64,000 bases of DNA, from the IMG/VR virus record IMGVR_UViG_3300026549_002462. One strand, written 5' to 3'. Origin of the DNA: an uncultured virus (IMG/VR IMGVR_UViG_3300026549_002462) (lineage: Duplodnaviria > Heunggongvirae > Uroviricota > Caudoviricetes). A program made the position numbers and the translations under genes. Shown here one piece after another: positions 1 through 10,368 of the stretch (the first letter of the stretch is position 1; the number at the start of each line of letters is the position of its first letter). The notes under the pieces were generated by a model that was not told where the DNA came from, made no database searches, and saw nothing but the letters and a program-made list of their open reading frames with translations.

Positions 1-426
1 TCATACCCCACTATCCTCCCTGTCTGCACTCGCGTTGTTTCTTCGAAGGAGCTTCATGAGCTTGTTTTCTTCTTCCTGCTCCTGTGCATGTTTTTTCTTC
101 TTTGCGTTAAGCTCAGGCATAGGCGGGCGGAGTGTCACGAAGATCCTCCTTTGCTCGTAGTTGGCTATGTTGAAAAGGAAGATCGAAAATGGTTCCCCGT
201 TCACGCCAAGAAGCCCGACTATGAGAAGGGCAAGGCCCACCCCTGTGCAGATATAGAACAGGATCGCCCCTCCTATAAACGGGCGGAGCATCAGATAGAT
301 CGCGAACGCGAGCCCTGCCCCTATGATCCCTTCGATCACGCGTCTTGTATCGAGCATGCCTCCGAGCAGTCCGCCTGTGCTGCTCAGGTTAGGTGGTATG
401 TATGCGTATACTGGTCTGTTTTCCAT
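1..426 (-). CDS. PrgI/VirB3-like T4SS membrane protein
   Basis: 141 aa, N-terminal Y-I-P-x-N motif, two TM segments, G-E-P motif after TM2, located in the T4SS run. Confidence 0.6.
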   Translation of the reverse strand: MENRPVYAYIPPNLSSTGGLLGGMLDTRRVIEGIIGAGLAFAIYLMLRPFIGGAILFYICTGVGLALLIVGLLGVNGEPFSIFLFNIANYEQRRIFVTLRPPMPELNAKKKKHAQEQEEENKLMKLLRRNNASADREDSGV

Positions 427-444
427 TTATTTTCTCCTCCCATA

Positions 445-1236
445 TTAGACTGCAGTGTCTGCACTCCATTGACGGAGTTCTGCATCCTGCTCCCTGAATT
501 CCCAGTCATCTTCTTTTTGCCACTTTTTCAATACGGCATAATCGCTTGCGTATTTGTATCCGTATATCTTTTTCTGTTCTGACAGACGATTTATCTGTTC
601 AAGATAGGTGAAAGGAAATTCGTTTTTTAATTCATCAAATTCATCGGGAGAGAGAGAAACATTTTTATAGGTTCCGATTTTAACCGGCCCTTTGGGTGAG
701 TCCTTACTCTCTCTCCTCTTATCTCTATCTCTAGTATCTGTACTCTTACCTCTACTCTCTTTACTCTGTGTCACATCCGGGTCACATTCTGTAACATTGT
801 GGTCACATTGTGACCCTGACTCTGGAAGTGCTGGTTTTTCAGGGTTTTCACTCATTTTTTTAAGAGCTCTGCTTTTACGCATCTTCCTTGCGGACTCTGT
901 TTCCTTGCCGACAAGCTCCTTGATCTGCGCCATATGGATCGCTCCGCTGTCGAGAATCTCTATGAGTCCTATGGAGCTGAACAGATCGATCGCTGATCTG
1001 ACTGTATCGATATCCGAGCCTGTCATTGAAGCGAGACTTTTCGCGTCATAAGGCAGCAGAGTGTTGCCCACAATGCGGATAACTATTCCTTCAGTGCGAA
1101 GACTTTTCAGGCAAAGAATAAGATAAATAATCAGGTATTTGTCTCCGTTTTGCTGCTCGCGGATATATTTGATCGTATCTTCTTCAAAGAAGTCTTCGTT
1201 CATCTTCAGCCAATAGTAAGTTTTGTTTCCACTCAT
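445..1236 (-). CDS. Phage replisome-organizer N-terminal domain protein (second initiator-like protein)
   Basis: YYWLKMNEDFF...NGDKYLIIYLILCLKSL signature. Likely start MSGNK at 1236 after a GGAGG RBS. Confidence 0.8.
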   Translation of the reverse strand: MSGNKTYYWLKMNEDFFEEDTIKYIREQQNGDKYLIIYLILCLKSLRTEGIVIRIVGNTLLPYDAKSLASMTGSDIDTVRSAIDLFSSIGLIEILDSGAIHMAQIKELVGKETESARKMRKSRALKKMSENPEKPALPESGSQCDHNVTECDPDVTQSKESRGKSTDTRDRDKRRESKDSPKGPVKIGTYKNVSLSPDEFDELKNEFPFTYLEQINRLSEQKKIYGYKYASDYAVLKKWQKEDDWEFREQDAELRQWSADTAV

Positions 1237-1262
1237 TACGATTCCTCCGTGTTGTTTCCGTG

Positions 1263-4200
1263 TCACTGCGGTTTCATTCCGGACATTCCTATGTACGGCT
1301 TCGGGTCGACGGATTTCCCGTTTATGCGCACCTCGAAGTGAAGGTGGTTTCCGAAGCTGTGGCCGGTGTTTCCGACTTCACCGATCTTCTGGCCTGCCTG
1401 TACGGTATCGCCCTTCTTAGCGATTAATTTTGACTGATGGCCGTATCTTGTGACCATCCCGCCTCCGTGGTCTATGTCTATACAGTTTCCGTAGCCGGAA
1501 TAGTATTCCGATCTTACGACTGTTCCTGCTGCTGCCGCATAGATTGGGGTGCCTTTGGCTGCACCGAGGTCGACTCCTTCGTGGAGCCTGCCCCATCTCC
1601 AGCCCCTGTCTGATGTGAATGTCCATGTTCCCTTAGGAAGCGGGAAGGTAAGTTCGCCTCCGTTTGAATATCCGCCGAATACTACATCCTGCATCGAGCT
1701 GCTGCCCATATTTATGGTGCGGACCTCGGTCTTCCCGTTGAAGAGAAGCTGCGCCGTGTTCTCGGCAAGGGTGTATCCTGCTTCGCCGTTTGTCGCAGTG
1801 CCGCCCGTAAGACCGGTATATACTTCGCCGTCACCGCCCTGGATGGCTTCAACACCTTCCATGCCGTCCTTTGTCTGTACGACCATAGCAGTGTGATTGT
1901 TGCCGTTCACTCTCATTAGAATGTCGCCAGGTCTCAGCTTCGAGGTGGACTTTGTATAGGCTTCGCTCGAATAGACGGTGAATTCACTCTTCTTTTTCAG
2001 CGTGTTGTATAAAGATTTCGAGTCGACATAGTCATTCATGTCCACGCCGAGATAACGGAGTATAGCAGCTACCATCTGCGAGCATGCTGTGTCACAGTTT
2101 TCGGAGATGGCTGAAGCATCTCCTTTGTTTGCAACCAGCTGTTTGTAGAACGATGTAGACTTGGCTTTATTCTGGTTGTTGTAGCCTACGTGGTCATTCT
2201 TGCAGGCATCGTACATGATCTTCGACGCTGCAAGTGCCTTGCTTGCGTCGCTCCATCTGATGACGTAATCCCAGTTGGTGCCGCACTTGCTTACCAGGAC
2301 TTCTTTTCCGTCCTGGTCGCCGGACTGTGACATGTTCTTCGTGCTTGCTGCGTTTCCGAGGTAGCACTCCCCGTTACCGGATTTTCCGGTCCAGCCGCCA
2401 ATACTCTGAACGGTTGATCCGGAAGATGATGTGCCTGAGCCGCCGCCAGTGCCGATGTACCGCATAACGAAGTTCTTGCTTCCCTTCTGATAGCTTTGGA
2501 ATCTTTTCTTTGCGCCTGATTTTCTGTCCGTTATTCCGGAGCCGCTTGTTGCTTCAATGAGCTCATCACCTCCGCCATAGATGCAGGCGTGTCCGCCTAC
2601 TCCCGAGGCGTACTGGATGAAGATGTCTCCCGGTTGGATGTCTGGCCAGCTGAGGTCCTTGCAGAGACCCACCTTTTTCCATATCTTCGAGCGGTTTCCC
2701 TCGAAGTTCCAGTCTGAGGTCCTCACCTTATGATTCCCGTGGTTCATCAGAAGTGGATCGCCTGTGCCGTGGGCAAACGCTGCCGCAACGAACGGGTTGC
2801 AGGTGTATTTCAGCTCGGACTTTTTAGTGCTGCCGTGACAAACAGGACAGTCATAATAGTCCCCGTAGCCTTTTCCATATGTGAACCGGTCGTCCGCAGC
2901 GATATTCCTTGCCCATTCAATGGACTTTTGGATCCCGTCCTGGGTGCTGCTGGCACTGCCGGATCCGGAGATAGACCCTGTAGCCGAGTCTGAATCGGAT
3001 CCCGTTATCTCCGTGGCTGTCATCTTAGTAGTCGCGTTGACATATGAAGCGTTCGGGTCGAGTCCGAAAGCGTCACGCATTATCTCGTGAGCTTTTCTCT
3101 GCTTGAGCGTGATCTTTATGGAGTCTCCGCTTTCGGATATCTCGTATTCGCGGTCGTAGAGGACTGCCCCTTTGAGTTTGCGTTTGAGGTCGCCCTCATA
3201 GTCGGCTTTGCCCCTGTCTTTCCCGAACCAGTAGAGCTTTACAGGCTTGCCTGCTTTTGATCCGAGCTTGCTTTCAAGCTTATTGAAGTAGCGGCCCGTG
3301 ATCGCATCATCCGCGGTCGTCTGCTTCGCATCTTCCAGGAAAACGAGTTCCGAATTGGCAAGGGATACTGAATATGCCGAGAGGATCTCAAGGTCGGATT
3401 TACTTATACCCGTCGTTCCGGCAAGGGCTCCGGAATCAAATCCGAAACCGCCTGCTCCTTCCCCGCCTAGTACATTTACGCCTGTCCATTGTATGAAGCA
3501 CCGTCCTTCGCCCTTTACATGGATTAGGAGTACCAGTTCGCCTTTTTCGATAACACAGCTTTCAAGTTCTCCGTAGTTCAGAAAATAGCTTCCTAGATAT
3601 GCTCCGTCTGATTCACGGAAAAGATCTACGTAGTTCTCTCCGGTTCCGTTTTTGAGGTTGCCCTTTTTTACGCTGTGGCAGGCATAGATTATGCCGCCTC
3701 CGGCACCTACATCCTGATAGGCGCTGCCGTGTTTTTTATATGTCTTTCTTTCGCAATTTTTTAGAGATGAATCGTATATTCTTATTGTGCCGCCTGCGGC
3801 AAGAATGTACTTTCCGGTCTGCCTGTCATAGGAAAGGCCGGATGAATTTCTGGCGGGAAGAGCTTTTGTCCCGTTGCTTGAAAGAGATTTTCCTGTCGCT
3901 GTCAGAGATGCAACTTTATTGCTTGCACCTGTAAGCCAGCCGCCGATCCATATCTCACCGTCTTTTGAGACCGTGCTGGCGTTTGCGTGGTATCCGTTGA
4001 CGTATTTATCATCAAGGTGTTTTCCGCTTGAGTCGTAAAGACTTGCGCATACTTTTGTTGTAGACGGCTGGGTCGCCCAGGCGACTACAAAATTACCATT
4101 ATCTGTAAGTGCAAAGCTCTGTCCTATCTGGTATGAGCCTCTTCTTTTCAGGTGTTCAGTTTTCCCGTCGCTTTGCTTTATCTCGCCCAGAATGTGGACG

Positions 4201-6530
4201 CTTTTGTATGATGGAAGATCGTTTGCCGATCTGGTAGTTCCCGAGAGTCCCGCTGTTGCGAACGCTGTAGAACTTACATTTACAGGTGTGGATGAGCCGG
4301 CTCTGCTGATAAATGCCCATTTTTTACTGGATGCGCCGAGTTTTCCGCCTGAGCTGAGCTTGGCTTTGTGTCCGTAGTAGCCAGAGTGTCCCGCTTCGGC
4401 TACAATCCCACCGCCGAGGTATATAAATACATGGCCGCCTCCGCTTTTTCTGGCGTAGGAGATTATGTCTCCTCTCTGGAGGGAGGACTGCTTTCCGTCC
4501 CATTCGGTCACGGTGAAGCCGTACTTTGAAAGAGTATTTGTCAGAGACTTCTTTGCCTTGCTCTTGATGTCTTGATCCGGCAGAAGCGTATCTCCGACTT
4601 TTCTGCCTATTGCTTCCGTCAGACAAGTTCTGGCATAGTGGCAGCAGCAGGTTCCTACGGCGACTGATTTGTCAGATGATTTGGATGCGTTTGGATACCA
4701 CTTCTTATATATCTCGGAAAACGGTCCGTATGCTTTTCCGCCGGACTGCCGTTTGTATTTGCTCGATGCTGTGCCGAGTTTCCATGATGTAGCATCTGCG
4801 CATCTTGCAATAGCTTCAGCTGCGTTCATCCCGCCGGATGTGGCAGAGGCTGAGCTCGTGCTAGAATCAGAGCCGCCCTGGCCAACATAGCGCATCACGT
4901 AGTTTTTACTTGTATTGCCGTCTTTTGTGCCGTATCTTTTAAGCCTTTGAGCTGCATCGCTTTTTACGCGGATCCCCGCGCCGCTGGTTGCCTCGATGAC
5001 ATCATTCCCGCCGCCGTACATCCATGCGTGGCCTGATTCGTTATTGCTGGACCATTTGATGACGACGTCGCCCGGACGAAGGTCGCTTATAGTGAGATTC
5101 TTGCAAAGCCCTACCTTTTTCCAGATCTTACCGAGATTTCCCTGGAAGTTTCCGTCGTGAAGGTTTATGACATGCTTCCCGTTGCCCATCATGATAGGGT
5201 CGCCGCCGCCGTGTGCGTATGCCGCAGCAACGAAAGGCATGCAGGTGAACTTCTTTATTTTCATATTGTTGCAGATGCAACATTTGAAGGAGCCGTGCCC
5301 GTATGTCCACGAGTCATCCGCGGCTATTTTTCTTGCCCAGGCAAGAGCTCCGTTTATCACCTGCTGATTCGCAGCCGATCCTGACGTGGAAACTGTTTCG
5401 GATCCACCGCCCGTATATCTCATGGCAATGCGCGTTCTTTTTCTGGTCCAGGTGCCTTTGTGGTAATAGATGCCGCCTTTGCCGCCGTTCATCGATCCGC
5501 CGGAGCTTTCAACTACTTTCCCGTCCCCGGCGTACAGCGCCATATGACGACTTTTTCCGTTTTCATAGCAGAGAAGAATGTCCCCAGCCTGCAGCTCGGA
5601 GTCTTTTAAATACCCGCTTGTCAGGCTTCCGGTGGTTATCATCTCCCAGTTTTCGCCGTTCCTTTTTTTCCATTTGCGGAGTACGTCATCAGGATTTTTT
5701 CCATCCAGAGTGCCTCCGCCGCCTCCGCCGCCTCCCGTGCCGAAGCCGCCGAGATGGCAGTAGGTGGTGCTTCTGTGTATGTCTGACGGAACGCCTGCCC
5801 CGTGGAAGTATGCGGCAGACACAAAACCGATGCACTGCCACCCCTGTGATGCGGAGTTCGGACTGCAGATAGGACAGTTTGTCGATTTCTTTACTCCGTT
5901 TTTGCCTGTTCCGGAGGTGCCGTAATATACGTAGTACCATTTGCCCTGCTCGGATTCTTTTGCTTTTTCTATTGCCCAGTCTACTGCGGCCTGAGCCGCT
6001 GAAGCTGACGAACCGGAGCCGGATCCGCTTAAAGCGAATACGTCCGAAATATAGTATTCCTCGGTGTCAGTATCGCATTCTATCGTCAGCGCTTTATCCG
6101 GGTAGGTCTTCTGGAGCTGTGCTTCCAGTGCTCTTCTGTCCTCTTCCTTTACCTCGTGAATTATTGATGCAAGGTTCGATGTCTTCTCGACCGAGTTGTA
6201 TTCGGACTCAACGGACGTAAGCTCATCTTCAGTCTTCGGGCTGTTTGCTTCGTTATCTTTGTCTATCGCATTTTCTGCTGTCAGATACCACGTCTCATCC
6301 ATTGAGGTCGAGCTGGTACCGCCGACTATGACTGCTGCGAACATGACTATGACCAGAGCAACGGCAATGCCGATCTGTACCGGTGCAGGAAGACGCATAA
6401 AGGTCTTTCCTGCCTTTACTGCGGTCTTTCCTGCACGGTATGCCGCTTTACCCCCACGCACGGCTCCCCGGCCTGCGTTTATGGTTGTATTCGCGCCCTG
6501 CTGCATTGATCTGTTACTCTGGTCTGACAT
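1263..6530 (-). CDS. Giant peptidoglycan hydrolase (VirB1-like): N-terminal TM, ~5 NlpC/P60/amidase-like domains, C-terminal M23 peptidase
   Basis: Repeated Cys...(L/I)xxGD...H motifs. C-terminal HEGVD, YGH and HLHFEV M23 motifs. Confidence 0.85.
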   Translation of the reverse strand: MSDQSNRSMQQGANTTINAGRGAVRGGKAAYRAGKTAVKAGKTFMRLPAPVQIGIAVALVIVMFAAVIVGGTSSTSMDETWYLTAENAIDKDNEANSPKTEDELTSVESEYNSVEKTSNLASIIHEVKEEDRRALEAQLQKTYPDKALTIECDTDTEEYYISDVFALSGSGSGSSASAAQAAVDWAIEKAKESEQGKWYYVYYGTSGTGKNGVKKSTNCPICSPNSASQGWQCIGFVSAAYFHGAGVPSDIHRSTTYCHLGGFGTGGGGGGGGTLDGKNPDDVLRKWKKRNGENWEMITTGSLTSGYLKDSELQAGDILLCYENGKSRHMALYAGDGKVVESSGGSMNGGKGGIYYHKGTWTRKRTRIAMRYTGGGSETVSTSGSAANQQVINGALAWARKIAADDSWTYGHGSFKCCICNNMKIKKFTCMPFVAAAYAHGGGDPIMMGNGKHVINLHDGNFQGNLGKIWKKVGLCKNLTISDLRPGDVVIKWSSNNESGHAWMYGGGNDVIEATSGAGIRVKSDAAQRLKRYGTKDGNTSKNYVMRYVGQGGSDSSTSSASATSGGMNAAEAIARCADATSWKLGTASSKYKRQSGGKAYGPFSEIYKKWYPNASKSSDKSVAVGTCCCHYARTCLTEAIGRKVGDTLLPDQDIKSKAKKSLTNTLSKYGFTVTEWDGKQSSLQRGDIISYARKSGGGHVFIYLGGGIVAEAGHSGYYGHKAKLSSGGKLGASSKKWAFISRAGSSTPVNVSSTAFATAGLSGTTRSANDLPSYKSVHILGEIKQSDGKTEHLKRRGSYQIGQSFALTDNGNFVVAWATQPSTTKVCASLYDSSGKHLDDKYVNGYHANASTVSKDGEIWIGGWLTGASNKVASLTATGKSLSSNGTKALPARNSSGLSYDRQTGKYILAAGGTIRIYDSSLKNCERKTYKKHGSAYQDVGAGGGIIYACHSVKKGNLKNGTGENYVDLFRESDGAYLGSYFLNYGELESCVIEKGELVLLIHVKGEGRCFIQWTGVNVLGGEGAGGFGFDSGALAGTTGISKSDLEILSAYSVSLANSELVFLEDAKQTTADDAITGRYFNKLESKLGSKAGKPVKLYWFGKDRGKADYEGDLKRKLKGAVLYDREYEISESGDSIKITLKQRKAHEIMRDAFGLDPNASYVNATTKMTATEITGSDSDSATGSISGSGSASSTQDGIQKSIEWARNIAADDRFTYGKGYGDYYDCPVCHGSTKKSELKYTCNPFVAAAFAHGTGDPLLMNHGNHKVRTSDWNFEGNRSKIWKKVGLCKDLSWPDIQPGDIFIQYASGVGGHACIYGGGDELIEATSGSGITDRKSGAKKRFQSYQKGSKNFVMRYIGTGGGSGTSSSGSTVQSIGGWTGKSGNGECYLGNAASTKNMSQSGDQDGKEVLVSKCGTNWDYVIRWSDASKALAASKIMYDACKNDHVGYNNQNKAKSTSFYKQLVANKGDASAISENCDTACSQMVAAILRYLGVDMNDYVDSKSLYNTLKKKSEFTVYSSEAYTKSTSKLRPGDILMRVNGNNHTAMVVQTKDGMEGVEAIQGGDGEVYTGLTGGTATNGEAGYTLAENTAQLLFNGKTEVRTINMGSSSMQDVVFGGYSNGGELTFPLPKGTWTFTSDRGWRWGRLHEGVDLGAAKGTPIYAAAAGTVVRSEYYSGYGNCIDIDHGGGMVTRYGHQSKLIAKKGDTVQAGQKIGEVGNTGHSFGNHLHFEVRINGKSVDPKPYIGMSGMKPQ

Positions 6531-6538
6531 TTTTCCCT

Positions 6539-8299
6539 TTACCTCTTCTTCTTAGTGTTTGTTCCGCCTCTTCCGCCGCCGGCGATCCCGCCCGGCTTTT
6601 CCGGCTTCGCTGCAGGAGCTTTTTTAGGTGATACAACGAAGTGTGCACCATCCTGTCCTGCTATCTTTGCTTCTGCGAAGGCTGATACCGACACGTTCGG
6701 GTTGGTATTCAGTATGTTGTTATATGCTGCCTTTGCGTCGTTTACGTTGGTGTAGATATGCGCCTGTGCTCCGGTGTCGGTAGTTGCTATCGATCTTTCT
6801 CCGCTGCCGCCCCGAACAGGTCCGCTTTCTATGTTGCTGACCCGGCTGGAATCGAAGATAGGTCTTCCAGCTGCGTCAGTGCCTGCAGCGCTGGAAACCT
6901 GATCGAAAGCCGCCTTGTTGGCCTGTGCCACTTCTGCAGCTGAGAGGGTTTCGCCATTTTTCTCTGACGGTGCCGCCGGAAGCTGGCTTATTGAGCCTCC
7001 GCTTACCGGATTGTCAGGACTGCCGATATTGGAAGCTGATGCATCTCCGCCAGGTTTCGGACTGACGGGTTTAGCGTCATTCTCTGCCAGCTTCTTTTCC
7101 GGTCCGCCGCCAAAGATCCCGTCAGAGACCTTTGATACCCCTTTTGTTGCGGACTGCACGCCTTTGGCTGCCACTCTTCCTGCGCTGTTCGCTGTTCTGA
7201 ACGCTGTCATCGCTACTCCGGCTCCGCCTGCGAGTGCTCCGTATATGCCGGAGCCTGTCTGTGCAGCGGAGAGGCCGAGGCTTCTTAGGTATTCGTCCAT
7301 CTTCTGGCCTGCCAGAAGCCAGCCGATCATTATGAACATGGTAGTGAGATATTGCTGGGAGCTTTCAAACACATATCCCGTTGATTGCAGGTTCTTGTAT
7401 ATGTTGAACCAGGCACCCATGAACCCTCCTATGAACAAAAGGTTTGTGCACATGAGTATGAACTGGCATACGAGCATGATGCACCAGTTTCTGAATACCT
7501 GTGACTGCTTGCTCACCATCGTTGAGAATGCGAGCGGCGCAGTTATGTACATAACGCCAATCACAACGTATCTTTCGTAGCATTCAAGTACCAGTCTGAA
7601 GAGACATATCATCAGGGTGCATCCTATGATGACCTGAATGATCACAAGACCCAGAGTTATATTGCCTGCGTTGTCAGGGTTGATCAGGCTGTCTCCTCCG
7701 AATAGGTTGAATACGTCTTCGCTTTGCCCTGTTGCGGTTTTTGCCGCCTGAAGTGCCTGATCGCCGGATACGGGGTTGTTTCTTCCCTGAAGGCTCTGGG
7801 GAAGGCTGTTAAGAGCCTGTTGTGCCTGCTCACGTTCTTCCGCAGAAGGAAGCCAGCTGCCTGAGTTGAACTCTTGTGAGAGGCCTGTGTATACCCCGAC
7901 AAAATTCTGGTACAGCTTGTTGAAGCCCTTCTCTACCAGAACGAAGATCTGGTACGAGAGGATCACGCCGACTCCCGCGAAGATCGTTCTTATCGCGATG
8001 ACTCCCGGTTCCTCAGACTGCGTAAAGGGCCCTCCCATCGACTGATAGAGTTTCAGGACGGCTGTCATTATCACGATGAACATCGCGAGCACAAGAAACG
8101 GCTTCTGGAAATCGGACACGGTGAATGTCGATTCAAAAAGTGAGCCCTGCTGGGGGCCTGCCACGTTTGCCGCTGTCTTGGCAGCCTCGCCGGTCCCTAT
8201 ATTAAGCTGGAACCCCGTCATCAGCTGGGTCGTCCACAGAAGCATATCGTTCAGCGCTTCCAGAACGACGTTCGCCAACGCATTCATGATCCATTCCAT
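6539..8299 (-). CDS. VirB6/TrbL-like polytopic T4SS membrane protein
   Basis: Multiple TM helices, ERYVVIGVMYITAPLAF motif, Ala/Gly-rich tail, next to the pilin-like gene. Confidence 0.7.
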   Translation of the reverse strand: MEWIMNALANVVLEALNDMLLWTTQLMTGFQLNIGTGEAAKTAANVAGPQQGSLFESTFTVSDFQKPFLVLAMFIVIMTAVLKLYQSMGGPFTQSEEPGVIAIRTIFAGVGVILSYQIFVLVEKGFNKLYQNFVGVYTGLSQEFNSGSWLPSAEEREQAQQALNSLPQSLQGRNNPVSGDQALQAAKTATGQSEDVFNLFGGDSLINPDNAGNITLGLVIIQVIIGCTLMICLFRLVLECYERYVVIGVMYITAPLAFSTMVSKQSQVFRNWCIMLVCQFILMCTNLLFIGGFMGAWFNIYKNLQSTGYVFESSQQYLTTMFIMIGWLLAGQKMDEYLRSLGLSAAQTGSGIYGALAGGAGVAMTAFRTANSAGRVAAKGVQSATKGVSKVSDGIFGGGPEKKLAENDAKPVSPKPGGDASASNIGSPDNPVSGGSISQLPAAPSEKNGETLSAAEVAQANKAAFDQVSSAAGTDAAGRPIFDSSRVSNIESGPVRGGSGERSIATTDTGAQAHIYTNVNDAKAAYNNILNTNPNVSVSAFAEAKIAGQDGAHFVVSPKKAPAAKPEKPGGIAGGGRGGTNTKKKR

Positions 8300-8395
8300 A
8301 TACGGTTCTCCTTTTTAGAAAAATTGCGCAGAGATCTCCAGACCGTGTGCCTGAAGAATCCTGCGCCAGAGTTATATCGGTTTTGGTGGTTCCCG

Positions 8396-8824
8396 TCACG
8401 GAAGTGTCGACTGACCTGCTGTAAGGTTCTGGATCAGTCTGAAGATTCCGCCGAGGAGCATGATGCATGCGTATGCGACCAGTACTCTTTTCAGCCATTC
8501 AAGCGGTGTTCTTGCTCCGTTCGCTGTCGGCGAGATAGCGATCCAGATGAGGCAGATGATAGCAGCGAGGCCAGCTACGAATGTTACGATGCCGAATATC
8601 TTGCCGTAGTATTCTTTCGCCGTGTCTCCTGCCTGGCTGATGATGTCGCCCTCGGCAAAGCAAGTGCTGAACGCCAGAAGAAGCATGAAGCATGTCATCA
8701 CTGCGATAAGGAAGATCCTGTCTCCCTTAGTCAGGCATGCTGCGTCGCCTGTTGACAGTCTCATACCGAAGGCTGTCAGCTCCTTTCTTACCATTCCGGC
8801 TCTTTCCCTGATTCTCTTTACCAT
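8396..8824 (-). CDS. VirB2/TrbC-like pilin
   Basis: Small protein with a signal-like segment, two hydrophobic helices and W-L-K-R-V motif, in T4SS context. Confidence 0.6.
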   Translation of the reverse strand: MVKRIRERAGMVRKELTAFGMRLSTGDAACLTKGDRIFLIAVMTCFMLLLAFSTCFAEGDIISQAGDTAKEYYGKIFGIVTFVAGLAAIICLIWIAISPTANGARTPLEWLKRVLVAYACIMLLGGIFRLIQNLTAGQSTLP

Positions 8825-8875
8825 TTTGATTCCTCCTGTTTTTGTGTGTATGTCATGTATTTGTGCTTGGCTTGA

Positions 8876-10216
8876 TCAGTCGCTGTAGTCCACTACCGTG
8901 AATATCACCTGATCTGCGTCAGGCTCTTTCACGTTGACGATGTGCGAGTAGAACGAGTGCTTGTCCCTGTTCTTGTCGACGATCCTGATCTTCACATCGC
9001 TTCCGACTTCAGGGATGACTCCCCTTCCTGCGCCCGGCCCGAGGTCTGCCATCGATACGATCTGGTCGTTCACGTTGCAGATGTAGAGCACCTTGCCTGT
9101 CTCTTCGTTTTCGACGATCCTGCTGATGGTCGCCGGAAGAAGATCTCCTTCGTCGTATTTATCAAAGTTGACGATCTGCGGGTCTGCTGTCGCTGCTCTT
9201 ATGGAAGCGTCGAACTTGACCGGATAATCGAATCTTGCAAGGGCGCGTCTGTCCTGAGGTACAGGATCGCGTCTTATGTTGGATACGCGTACAAGTACTT
9301 CCTTTCCGGCCTTGTACTTTTTCGTGTTTACTTTTTCTTCGTAGAAGTGAGATATCTGTTTTATCGGGATCGCTGCTTCAGCTCCGAAGACCTCGACTAT
9401 GATGTCGTATGGCCTTACTCTCATGATCCTTGCGTTCTGCAGGCTGTTTTCACCGATGCACCACTCGCCGTCCGATGTCTTCGCGTACCAGTTCTCGCAT
9501 CTGTCGATCTTGGTAGCATAAAGCCTCGTGCCGTAGATATCGGTCGTGACGCCCTGCTCTTTTCTGAACATGTTGAACTCTATCTCGAGCCCTTCCATAG
9601 CAGCTCCCTGCTCGTAGAGCCTCTTTTCCGGGTGCTCATCCTGGTCGTACCAGTTGTACCAGAACTTGAAGGACGGGATTAGGATGATGTACGGTCCGTA
9701 CGAGACCATGTAGTTCACAAACGGGATCCTCTTCCCGTCTATGATGCGTTCTTCCGTGCTCTTGGAGCCGAGCATCCTGCCCTTGAGGGTGTGACGCGGG
9801 TCGACTCTTGATGCCGCGAGCTCTCTGTCTATGCGGTCTATGGCTGAGGTGTCAGGCTTGCCTTCTATAGCCTTTTTTCTGACTGTCGGCACAAGGTCGT
9901 CCATCGGGATGTCTGAGTACTCATCGAGAAGTGCTCCGGACTGCTCCTTCCTGGCTTCCTTTTTCTCCTGCTTTTCTCTCGCTTCCTCCGCTGTCTGTCT
10001 GCGGCGTCTGCCTGCACCGGCTCTTGGGGCTGCGGGTCTCCTGTTTCTTTTAGGAGCTGTATCTGCGTCTGCTTCTTTCGGTGCAGATTCCTTGTTGTTG
10101 AGCTTGTCTATAAGGATCTGCCTCGTGTCCTTCGTGTGGACCTCGATCCCGAAGAGCGTGCACATCTGGATGAGCTCCGCTTTCTTCATTTCTTCGTATT
10201 TCTTAAAACCTGCCAT
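8876..10216 (-). CDS. S1-domain nucleic-acid-binding protein with N-terminal Rho-N/HeH-like and Arg-rich segments
   Basis: S1-like repeats (ARIMRV..IIVEVFGAEA.IP..QIS; VGSDVKIRI). Likely start MAGFK at 10216. Confidence 0.6.
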   Translation of the reverse strand: MAGFKKYEEMKKAELIQMCTLFGIEVHTKDTRQILIDKLNNKESAPKEADADTAPKRNRRPAAPRAGAGRRRRQTAEEAREKQEKKEARKEQSGALLDEYSDIPMDDLVPTVRKKAIEGKPDTSAIDRIDRELAASRVDPRHTLKGRMLGSKSTEERIIDGKRIPFVNYMVSYGPYIILIPSFKFWYNWYDQDEHPEKRLYEQGAAMEGLEIEFNMFRKEQGVTTDIYGTRLYATKIDRCENWYAKTSDGEWCIGENSLQNARIMRVRPYDIIVEVFGAEAAIPIKQISHFYEEKVNTKKYKAGKEVLVRVSNIRRDPVPQDRRALARFDYPVKFDASIRAATADPQIVNFDKYDEGDLLPATISRIVENEETGKVLYICNVNDQIVSMADLGPGAGRGVIPEVGSDVKIRIVDKNRDKHSFYSHIVNVKEPDADQVIFTVVDYSD

Positions 10217-10368
10217 GTTTCTTCTCCTGTCTGCTGGAAATAAAGCAGCGGGCTTCAGGCTTTCCGCCCTGCCCGCTTTAAAGTTACAACTGCTTTTTCT
10301 GTTTGTCTGTATCACCTACTGCATCGTTTGATGCATTTTGGGCGCTTTTTGTTGATGGTTATTGGTTT

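Noticed and set aside
1263..6530. Prophage interpretation (lysin, replisome organizer, Sak, YqaJ)
   Set aside because: No terminase, capsid or tail genes. The context is T4SS, iteron replicon and parAB.
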